This document shows positions 19,257 through 27,172 of a DNA stretch of 64,000 nt, piece by piece. The stretch is taken from positions 351,942 through 415,941 of the forward strand of contig CAREDV010000001.1 of the NCBI GenBank assembly GCA_948964545.1. The letters run 5' to 3'. The notes below the pieces were generated by a model, which was not told the DNA's origin, did not search any database, and saw only the letters and a list, made by a program, of their open reading frames with translations. Origin of the DNA: an uncultured bacterium (lineage in GTDB: Bacteria > Cyanobacteriota > Vampirovibrionia > Gastranaerophilales > Gastranaerophilaceae). Numbering within the stretch: the first letter of the stretch is position 1; each line of letters opens with the position of its first letter. The position numbers and the translations under genes were made by a program.

Positions 19257-20142
19257 TATTTTACGCAATAAACACTTAGTGAACTGTTTTTTGAACTTGC
19301 TCTTATAAAAACACTGTTATCATCTTGAATAGAAGCTCCCATTCCTTTTAATTGGGTAGGGTAATTTTGTGCTTTATCAATAGTATAAGGTGTCCATATA
19401 TATTTACTTGGAGCACGTGTTCCTACATACCAGGATGCATTTAGAGAAATTCCTAATGCTTCTTCTCTTAAAGGAACATGAGTGTCTTTGTCTAGTGATG
19501 AGCATATTTGTCCTGCTTCGTTAAATGTTCCTGTTTTTGTTATATCACTATGTAGTAATGGAGCGACAACTTTAGTATCGTCAGGGTAAAATGCTGTAAT
19601 AAACCCGATATCTTTTCCAGCTTTGTTTGGACCTTTTAAACCATTCATGTCGTATATTGCATTTATGCATACTGTATTTGCAGCATAACAATTAGCCAAA
19701 CAATCATTTATGCATTTGGGATTGTAATATAAATATACTGTATACCCGTTGTTCAAAACAAATCCGTATTTGGTAGGGGAATAACCACCTTGTGCATATA
19801 CTGATTTATTATATGTTTTACCGTTTATTGCAGTAATCTTATCAGGATGGTTTGTTCCAAATTCTGCGATTTTCATGTATTTTGACAGATAATTTTTGAC
19901 AAAATCTTCGGCATCAGAGCTAGATGTTAATTCATTATTTAGTGACATAAGTCTTATTGCATCGCTAAATCTTGTTAATAATGCCTGTCTTGAAGCATTA
20001 TATTCTCTATCATTGGTTTTTTGAATAAGAGATTGTAAAGTAAGTACAGAAACAACACCAATAATTCCCAATGTAATAAGAATTTCAGCTAGAGTGAAGC
20101 CTTCGGGGGGGGGGCACTCATAGCTTTTCTTTTAAATAACAT
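19253..20142 (-). CDS. Type IV pilin-like protein, out of frame at a C10 tract
   Basis: AAGGAGG RBS and ATG 20142 give MLFKRKAMSAPPPKASL*; one extra C joins to EG|FTLAEILITLGIIGVVSVLTL. Confidence 0.85.
20103..20118 (+). repeat. TC-G10-CACT homopolymer tract (G 20105-20114)
   Basis: Read directly from sequence. Confidence 0.95.
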
Positions 20143-20253
20143 AATAAATACCTCCTTAGTTTAAGTTATTATATATGCCTGATTTTGTCAATATTGACTT
20201 TTTTTAAATAATCATTAAACCTCATATAAACGGATGATTTTTATCTGTTTTGT

Positions 20254-20280
20254 TGAATGTTAGTGTAAATTATCCGATTA
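20254..20280 (+). promoter_or_regulatory. Putative sigma-28 promoter of the flg rod cluster
   Basis: TGAA-N15-TCCGATTA versus consensus TAAA-N15-GCCGATAA. Confidence 0.45.
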
Positions 20281-20302
20281 TTTAATAAAAAAGAGGTAGT
20301 AA

Positions 20303-20998
20303 ATGAAAATTAACGGCGGTATCAGATATTGCGAAAAAGGCTTAACAGCATCATTGAGAGCGATGCATGTTCAAAGTGAACTTATCGGCATGTATAACGA
20401 AAATGTCGGCGGATTTGATAAAATCGGCTATCAGCGTCAAGAACCTGTTGTTTCTTCATTTACGGAATTTTTAGGAGTTCACGGACTTTCAAAAACTACA
20501 GATGATAAAATCGGCCGTATTGCAATGTCAGATAACCCTTTAGATTTGGCGCTTGCAAATAAAGGTTATTTTCAAATTCAGACTGCTGACGGCATAAAAC
20601 TTACCCGTGATGGAAGATTTAAACTCGACAAGCAAGGCAACCTTTTAACGTTAGAGGATGACAAGGTGCTTTCAAATGCAGGTGTTCCCATTCAGCTTTC
20701 CGTTGTTCCCGAACAGCTTAAAGATGTCCGAATTAATGCAAAAGGGCAAGTATCTGTTCTAAACCGTAAAACAAACAAGTTTGAAAACTGTGCGTTTTTA
20801 GGCGTTGTAGATACAAACGGAGTTGTGGTTATGAATCCCGAAGTTAAACAGGGTTACAACGAATATTCAAACGTATCACTTCAGGATGAGTTTATCGGGA
20901 TGATGCCGATTATCAGAAATTTTGAAGCTAACAGGCAGATTTTTATGATACAAAATCAGAATCTGCAAAAAGTAATTTCCCAGCTGGGACAAGCATAA
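20303..20998 (+). CDS. Flagellar basal-body rod protein, FlgF/FlgG family
   Basis: NPLDLALANKGYFQI, TRDGRF, SNVSLQDE...RNFEAN. Confidence 0.85.
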   Translation: MKINGGIRYCEKGLTASLRAMHVQSELIGMYNENVGGFDKIGYQRQEPVVSSFTEFLGVHGLSKTTDDKIGRIAMSDNPLDLALANKGYFQIQTADGIKLTRDGRFKLDKQGNLLTLEDDKVLSNAGVPIQLSVVPEQLKDVRINAKGQVSVLNRKTNKFENCAFLGVVDTNGVVVMNPEVKQGYNEYSNVSLQDEFIGMMPIIRNFEANRQIFMIQNQNLQKVISQLGQA

Positions 20999-21010
20999 GA
21001 GGTATAATTT

Positions 21011-21724
21011 ATGTATAGCATGCAAGGTATAGTAAGAAAAAGTGTAAATAATTCAGTAAGCCAATTTGAAAGATTGGGTTATGTTGCAAACAATCTTGCC
21101 AATATGAACACAAGAGGTTATAAAAACGTAAGTTTTGAACAGATGCTTAAAGAGGACGGATACCTTACAGGAGCAGTAAGAACGGATTTTAAACAGGGTT
21201 CAATTCAGGTTACAAGCAACCCCTATGATGTTGCAATTAATGGAAACGGTTTTATTCCTGTTGTCTCTCCAGAAGGCGAAGTGGCGTATACCCGTGATGG
21301 TTCTTTTAAGCAGGGTAAAGACGGTTATCTTGTAACTAATGACAATTGGATTGTCGGTGAAGGTATTAAAATCCCAGCAAACTGTTATAAGTTTGAAATT
21401 AAACCGAACGGAGAGGTTTTTACTTATGACAAAGCAAACACAACGCCGAAAAAAATTGGAACAATTCCTCTAATACGATTTGCATCTCAGGAAAACCTTG
21501 AGCAGGCAGGCATGAACAAGCTTGTTCCAACAGATGATTCTGGTGAACCCGAACTGGTTAAAGATCATGAGTGTTTCTGTCAGAATAATCTTGAAAACTC
21601 AAACACAAATGTATATGCATCAACTACTGAAATGTTAAGGCTTAACGCATCAATGCTTGCAAGTATGCGTATGATAAAAGTTGTTGATGATATGTACAAC
21701 AAAGCAATCAATATAAGGGAGTAA
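21011..21724 (+). CDS. flgG: Flagellar basal-body rod protein FlgG family
   Basis: ANNLANMNTRGYK, DVAINGNGF, YTRDGSF, LENSN. Confidence 0.8.
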   Translation: MYSMQGIVRKSVNNSVSQFERLGYVANNLANMNTRGYKNVSFEQMLKEDGYLTGAVRTDFKQGSIQVTSNPYDVAINGNGFIPVVSPEGEVAYTRDGSFKQGKDGYLVTNDNWIVGEGIKIPANCYKFEIKPNGEVFTYDKANTTPKKIGTIPLIRFASQENLEQAGMNKLVPTDDSGEPELVKDHECFCQNNLENSNTNVYASTTEMLRLNASMLASMRMIKVVDDMYNKAINIRE

Positions 21725-21725
21725 C

Positions 21726-21855
21726 CAGCGTAGCCGCTTGACCCGCCACTCGGGCTTTGGATAAATTTTAAAAACATTGAAAGGGCAAGACGGGAGCGTA
21801 AGCGACTGACCAAAGCAATAAAAATTCAACGATAATCGTCAGAAAGGGTAAAAAG
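21726..21855 (+). repeat. Composite intergenic element (type A plus type B) between flgG and flgB
   Basis: Aligns end to end with 22204-22331. Confidence 0.75.
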
Positions 21856-22203
21856 ATGTTTACATCACTAGACAGTATGGGTAAAGTTTCATTAATGATG
21901 GATTTGATAACACAAAGACAACGCGCTTTGGGTTCAAACCTTGCGAATGTGGATACTCCTGGATATGTTCGCCGTGATATTAATTTTGGCGACTATTTAA
22001 GTTCAATGAACAGTCCTTTGGAAACTCAATTGTCAGAACGTCTTGGACCTTCAGGTGTTATTGAAGAAAGACGTTATGAAGAAATTGATCCCGCAAATGA
22101 GTTAATGGAAATCCAGCAAAACTCACTTCTTTATACGATGGCAACAAGAAGAATGTCTAATATAATTACAGAAATGAAAACAGTGATAAACGTAGGAAAG
22201 TAG
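21856..22203 (+). CDS. flgB: Flagellar basal-body rod protein FlgB
   Basis: RQRALGSNLANVDTPGYVRRDI. Confidence 0.85.
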   Translation: MFTSLDSMGKVSLMMDLITQRQRALGSNLANVDTPGYVRRDINFGDYLSSMNSPLETQLSERLGPSGVIEERRYEEIDPANELMEIQQNSLLYTMATRRMSNIITEMKTVINVGK

Positions 22204-22331
22204 AAGCGTGACGCTTCACCCCCCACCTGGATTTTGGTGAAGCTTCTTAAACTATGGAAGGAAAAACGGGAGCGTGAGCGACTGACCAAAAACTTTAAAG
22301 TCGAACCAATATCGACGGAAAGGATAAAAAG
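22204..22331 (+). repeat. Composite intergenic element (type A plus type B) between flgB and flgC
   Basis: GAAGCG-TGA-CGCTTC hairpin ... ACGGGAGCGTGAGCGACTGACCAAA ... GTCGA/TCGAC hairpin, then RBS. Confidence 0.75.
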
Positions 22332-22775
22332 ATGAGTATAATGGAATCTATGAATATCGGATCAAATGCCTTAAAAGCACACGGCTTAAGGTTAGATATT
22401 CACGCAAAAAACATTGCAAATGTTGATACTCCAAATTATGTTAGACGTATTCCTATTTTGAATGCGGCTGAAGATATTTCTTTCCACGGTTTGATGAACA
22501 CAATGAAAGAAGATGTTTTTGGTGTCGGTACTTTACCTTATCTTCAAGGCGGTGTGGTGTTTAATGGATGTATTGAAGATCCGACATTAGGAGATAAAAT
22601 TTACCGTCCAGGCCATCCTGATGCAGATGCAAACGGTTATATAAGAGCTTCAAATGTTAATCCTGCAGTTGATATGGCAGATGCAATTTTAGCTCAGCGT
22701 GCTTATGAAGCTAACCTTGCGTTAATAGGTATTACAAAGGCAATGGCCCAAAAAGCCGTTGAAATCGGACGTTAA
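22332..22775 (+). CDS. flgC: Flagellar basal-body rod protein FlgC
   Basis: NIANVDTP, YRPGHPDADANGY, AQRAYEAN. Confidence 0.92.
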   Translation: MSIMESMNIGSNALKAHGLRLDIHAKNIANVDTPNYVRRIPILNAAEDISFHGLMNTMKEDVFGVGTLPYLQGGVVFNGCIEDPTLGDKIYRPGHPDADANGYIRASNVNPAVDMADAILAQRAYEANLALIGITKAMAQKAVEIGR

Positions 22776-23716
22776 TGACTAAATTATCAATCATAATCCC
22801 TGTTTACAATATTGAACCGTATATTTCAAACTGTTTGAACAGCATTCTTAACCAGCCATTTAAGGATTTTGAAGTGATTTGTGTTAATGACGGCTCAACT
22901 GATAAGTCGCTTACAGAACTTCAAAAATTCCGTGATGAGCGGGTAATTATTATAGATAAAAAGAACGAGGGTTCAGGTGTAGCTAGAAATTCAGCCTTAG
23001 CAATTGCGCGTGGTCAATATGTGTTTTTTGTTGACGGAGATGATTGGATTGAGGAAAATTCTCTGCAAAAAATGGTTGATGAAGCGGATAGGCTTAAAAC
23101 AGATATTCTAATTTTCGGCGGTCTTTCATATTACGAAGGTGTCGGTAAAAACGGTGGATATTCAGCAAATAAATTACCTAAGATAAACAAGGTTTTTTCC
23201 TCAGAAGATATTAAAAAAGATGTTTTTAAATTCCCGTCAACTGCGTGGACAAAGCTTTACAGACGCGAATTTTTACAAAAAAATGATATAAAATTTCAAG
23301 AAATCAAAGTCGGTCAAGACCAATTACCGTTTTTCCATTCAATGATTACGGCGCAAAGGATTGCAATTTTGAGAGAAAATCTCTATTGCTATCGAAAAAA
23401 TCGTAAAGGTGCGGTTACGGCGGTGAAAAAGAAAAAGAATTTTTCGCCTATATATGTTTTTTATGCTGTGGAGGAAGTTTTACAAAAAACTGGCAAGATG
23501 GCTGATTATAAAGAAATTTTTGTAAAAAAATATTTTTCGAAGGCAACATCCTGGCTTGGTAAATTTCAAGATGATTTGAAAGCGGAATATTTTGCAGAAT
23601 ATATGAAATTACTTGAACATGTCCAAATTGAATACGGGCTATATAAACATTTCAAACCTGATATAAAAGATGGATATTGGATGTTGAAACTAAAAAATGT
23701 CGTAGGGGGGACTTGA
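22775..23716 (+). CDS. Glycosyltransferase family 2
   Basis: [21 protein letters not shown]; 3' end overlaps the antisense tRNA. Confidence 0.93.
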   Translation: MTKLSIIIPVYNIEPYISNCLNSILNQPFKDFEVICVNDGSTDKSLTELQKFRDERVIIIDKKNEGSGVARNSALAIARGQYVFFVDGDDWIEENSLQKMVDEADRLKTDILIFGGLSYYEGVGKNGGYSANKLPKINKVFSSEDIKKDVFKFPSTAWTKLYRREFLQKNDIKFQEIKVGQDQLPFFHSMITAQRIAILRENLYCYRKNRKGAVTAVKKKKNFSPIYVFYAVEEVLQKTGKMADYKEIFVKKYFSKATSWLGKFQDDLKAEYFAEYMKLLEHVQIEYGLYKHFKPDIKDGYWMLKLKNVVGGT

Positions 23717-23778
23717 ACCCCCACGGATTACTCCACACGCCCCTCAAACGTGCACGTCTACCATTCCGCCACTACGAC
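23698..23778 (-). tRNA. tRNA-Leu(GAG)
   Basis: GTCGTAG/CTACGAC acceptor stem, anticodon loop TTGAGGG, long variable arm, GGTTCAAGTCC T-arm; CCA not encoded. Confidence 0.95.
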
Positions 23779-23967
23779 AAATTAAATTATATTAAATTTT
23801 CAACTGTTATTTTGACATTGTTTGTGGCGGATGAGCTACTGCTCCCTCTCGTCGAACAATACTAAATTGTTCTCCTCGGCAGAGTGCCACTACGACATAC
23901 CAATATTCTATTAAATTTTCACAACATGAGTATTTTACCACAATTATTTTTTTTGTAAAATATTTAT

Positions 23968-24297
23968 ATGAATAAAAATGATTTAATTAAGCTTTGCTTA
24001 TCGTTTGAAGATGCTGTTGAAACATATCCGTTTAAGGACAAGACGTATGAGCAATACGCGGTTATTCGCCACAAATCTAATAATAAATGGTTTGCGTTAA
24101 TTTTTTATCTTGATGATAAGTTATATATTAATTTAAAATGTACCCCTGTTAATTCTGCAATTTTGCGTGATGAATATTCGTTTATAACTTCGGCATGGCA
24201 CATGAATAAAACTCACTGGATTAAGGCAGATGTCTTAAAAACTCCAAAAGATATATTAAAAGGGCTTATTGAAGAAAGCTATTTGTTGACTAAATAA
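23968..24297 (+). CDS. MmcQ/YjbR family protein
   Basis: KWFAL, INLKC, AWHMNKTHW, LIEESYLLT. Confidence 0.9.
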   Translation: MNKNDLIKLCLSFEDAVETYPFKDKTYEQYAVIRHKSNNKWFALIFYLDDKLYINLKCTPVNSAILRDEYSFITSAWHMNKTHWIKADVLKTPKDILKGLIEESYLLTK

Positions 24298-24403
24298 GTT
24301 TTTGTTACAAAAATGTAATAATTATATATGAAATATTAAAGTTTTTTCTTAATTTTGTCGTAACAGTTTTATGTGTAGAATTGTTAAATTATTCTATTGT
24401 GTT

Positions 24404-24434
24404 GAAAAAAGAGTTTCATGTAAAACTTTATAAG
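24404..24434 (+). promoter_or_regulatory. GAAA-N19-TTTATAAG putative promoter
   Basis: Same spacing as other copies. Confidence 0.5.
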
Positions 24435-24463
24435 TGTAAAACCAAAAAGAAAGGACGGTTTAG

Positions 24464-25761
24464 ATGACAATGGATGCAGGCAGAGTTGATGGAGTATCTC
24501 CAAGACGAGTAGATGTCCCCGCAGGGGATAGCGCCCGCACAAATGCTGGTGCAGTAAGAGTTCCTGTCGGGGGGGGGGCACTCCAGGCGATAGACCAGGG
24601 TTAACTCTTGAAAACCCGAGACAAGCTCAAATTGATGCAGATTTTAATGCTTCTGGTTTGGGATTAACCCGTGAGCAAGTCAAAGCAGAAAGAAAAAAAT
24701 TAGGGATAGGTACAACTTTACCAGCTAAGATAGCCTTTAATAAAGGATTGAATGAAAATCGAACTATTGAAATTCATAACCAGTATGCTAAACAAATTTT
24801 TACGGAAGCGTATGGAGATGATCCAATTCTGGCTGATTTAGCTAAACAATATATTGCCGAATTGCCCAAAGCTGCAAGAAAAGGGCAGGAAAGAGAATAT
24901 ATTGCTGCATGTGAAACAAAATTAGAAGCATTTCGCGGTGCGGTTAGAGATTATAACTTAGCTGTTAATCAAGGTGTAATTGATGCAAATGCTCAACAAA
25001 GACATGAAGAAGGAGAAGTTGCTGCTGATTTACGTGCTGAACATACTGATCAGGTTGTAGTTCAGACTGGAAACAATACAGTTGCTCAAGTTAATGCACA
25101 TACAGATGAGTCAAATGCAGCACAAACTACAGCTATCAATAGTAATACAAACAGAGTCGGTAATTCCGTAGTAAGACGAGTTAATGCTCATACAACAGCT
25201 GTCGGACAGCAGGTGACAAATGATGTTACTCAAAATACTTCTGCAATGCTTGGTGTAGATGCTGAAGGCTATACTCAAAGAAATGACGACGGAGAGCGTA
25301 TATTGGCAAATGGTAATGCTATTGCAGATGATGCCAGTGCTGTAGGGCAGGTTAATGCTCATACCGATGAAGCAGCTGCAGCTGTCAACCAACATACTGA
25401 TGAAGCAGTAAAGAAAGGTGTTGATGAAGTTAATGCACATACAGATAAAGCTGCTCAGGGAATTAAACTTGATGCTCAAAGACAAGCTGTACTTGATGCT
25501 AAACGTCAAACAATTAGTGACATGTTGATGCACGAAGACAGTGCAGAATGGGGCGGCGTTTATAGAGATAGTACAGTTAAGTGGCTTGGCAGTGCTGCTG
25601 ACAGAGTAATGGGTGATACTAAGCTGACTTTTGAACAAAAGAAAGAAGCGCTTGATGAACTTGTAAGAATGGTTGATGAAGAAAATGTTATTTCAGATGG
25701 AGATAAAACTGCATTTGAAGGCAAATATTTCTGGGATCATGAACAACATCCGCAAGTATAA
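24464..25761 (+). CDS. Lineage-specific protein with VNAHTD repeats, out of frame at a G10 tract
   Basis: AAGGA RBS and ATG 24464 read 46 codons to TAA; one extra G joins to the 24658..25761 ORF. Confidence 0.8.
24567..24582 (+). repeat. TC-G10-CACT homopolymer tract (G 24569-24578)
   Basis: Read directly from sequence. Confidence 0.95.
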
Positions 25762-25821
25762 TTGTATTTTTAGCCAAGCAGGGTTACAAACCCTGCTTGG
25801 ATTTAACTAAAAGGAGTACCT

Positions 25822-27117
25822 ATGACATTTAGAATAGGCGATAATACAGTCAGTAAAAAAGTTACATTGGAACAGCTGACAGCTGGATTAGATCCTGCAA
25901 AAGACAAGAAAAAGATTGATAGAATTACATTGATCTTTAATCAATATAATACCAATACAAACGGTAGTTCTGTTGATGCACTGGATTTAGATGAGCAGGT
26001 AGCTTTGATGAATGATTTGCATAGAGCTGACGGAGACGGCAAAGGTAAAGATTTTGACGGAAAAGTCAGCGGCAAGGGGTTGAAAAAAGCTGGACTTGCT
26101 GGTGAATATAAAGCATACAGGGATTTTATTGAAGCTTACCAGAGATCAGTTGCATCTGATGTGAATACATATAATTTAACATTTAAGGATGAAACCCTGG
26201 ATGGTACACCATTTATAGAAACAAGTGCTGTCCAGCAGGGTGAAACAACAAGAACAGAGTTTCAATATAATAACTTGTCAGGTTCTGCTGAAAGAGTGCT
26301 GACCACACAGTCTGATACTGAGGGAACACGCAGTTTTGATCCGCAAGGAAGATTAACACGTCAGGTAAAAGACGGTACAACAGTATCATACCGCCAATAT
26401 GACAGCGGTGCCAGAAACGCTAAAGCAGGTATTATTACAGTTAGGCAAGATGGTGTGGACGGTGTTATGACTGTCAAATTGCAAGAAGATGGAACATATT
26501 TGAATGAAGATGATAACTCTCATTTTAGATTAAACAGAAGCGGTTTTCTGGATGAATTTGTTCTTGATGATAAAAACAGAATAACTGCCGAAGTTTGGGG
26601 TGAAAACAGTTTTAATTATACCTACGACAGTGAAAGTTCAGAGCCTTCAACGGTTACTATAAATCAGGGTGAAGCTGATGAAATAATGTTTAATCGCGAG
26701 AGTGAACTTTATACTTCAATGAATGGAGATGTTAAAGAATATTTTCAATTTGACAAGAAAAAGAGACTATTCACTCAAACACATGCACCGCAGCCAAAAG
26801 AGCCACCTGTTAAAAAACATTCAAGACCAACAACAAGGACATTAATAAAAATGACCCCAGGCTGGAGAAATCAGCGTGTAAAACCTGATGCTGATATGAC
26901 AGCAAAATTTAATGCTATGTCTAAAGCAGATGAAGTTTTGACAGAGTTGACCGCAAAGTTTGACGGACAATTAGATACGACTAAATTATTAGCAGATCTT
27001 ATTAAAAATAACCCAAGCGTATTTGATGCAAACGGTATAATATATAGTGATGCAAGGTGGAATCGATTGGATTTCCCGTCTGATTTAACTGCATACGAGA
27101 TAAAAAGTCCTGTTTAG
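25822..27117 (+). CDS. Hypothetical protein with EF-hand-like and YD-like segments
   Basis: DGDGKGKDFDGKVS, SFDPQGRLTRQ, YTYDS; AAGGAG RBS; terminator 27103-27129. Confidence 0.65.
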   Translation: MTFRIGDNTVSKKVTLEQLTAGLDPAKDKKKIDRITLIFNQYNTNTNGSSVDALDLDEQVALMNDLHRADGDGKGKDFDGKVSGKGLKKAGLAGEYKAYRDFIEAYQRSVASDVNTYNLTFKDETLDGTPFIETSAVQQGETTRTEFQYNNLSGSAERVLTTQSDTEGTRSFDPQGRLTRQVKDGTTVSYRQYDSGARNAKAGIITVRQDGVDGVMTVKLQEDGTYLNEDDNSHFRLNRSGFLDEFVLDDKNRITAEVWGENSFNYTYDSESSEPSTVTINQGEADEIMFNRESELYTSMNGDVKEYFQFDKKKRLFTQTHAPQPKEPPVKKHSRPTTRTLIKMTPGWRNQRVKPDADMTAKFNAMSKADEVLTELTAKFDGQLDTTKLLADLIKNNPSVFDANGIIYSDARWNRLDFPSDLTAYEIKSPV

Positions 27118-27172
27118 CAGGACTTTTTTAGTATAAATTTGAAAAACATTTTTTACATGTAATAATGTAATT

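Noticed and set aside
21726..22331. CRISPR array or c-di-GMP riboswitch in the flg spacers
   Set aside because: Repeats are separated by genes, not spacers, and no cas genes are present; I could not match the c-di-GMP-I/II consensus by eye.
27120..27172. LexA box upstream of uvrA
   Set aside because: No convincing GAAC-N4-GTTC or cyanobacterial-type palindrome.
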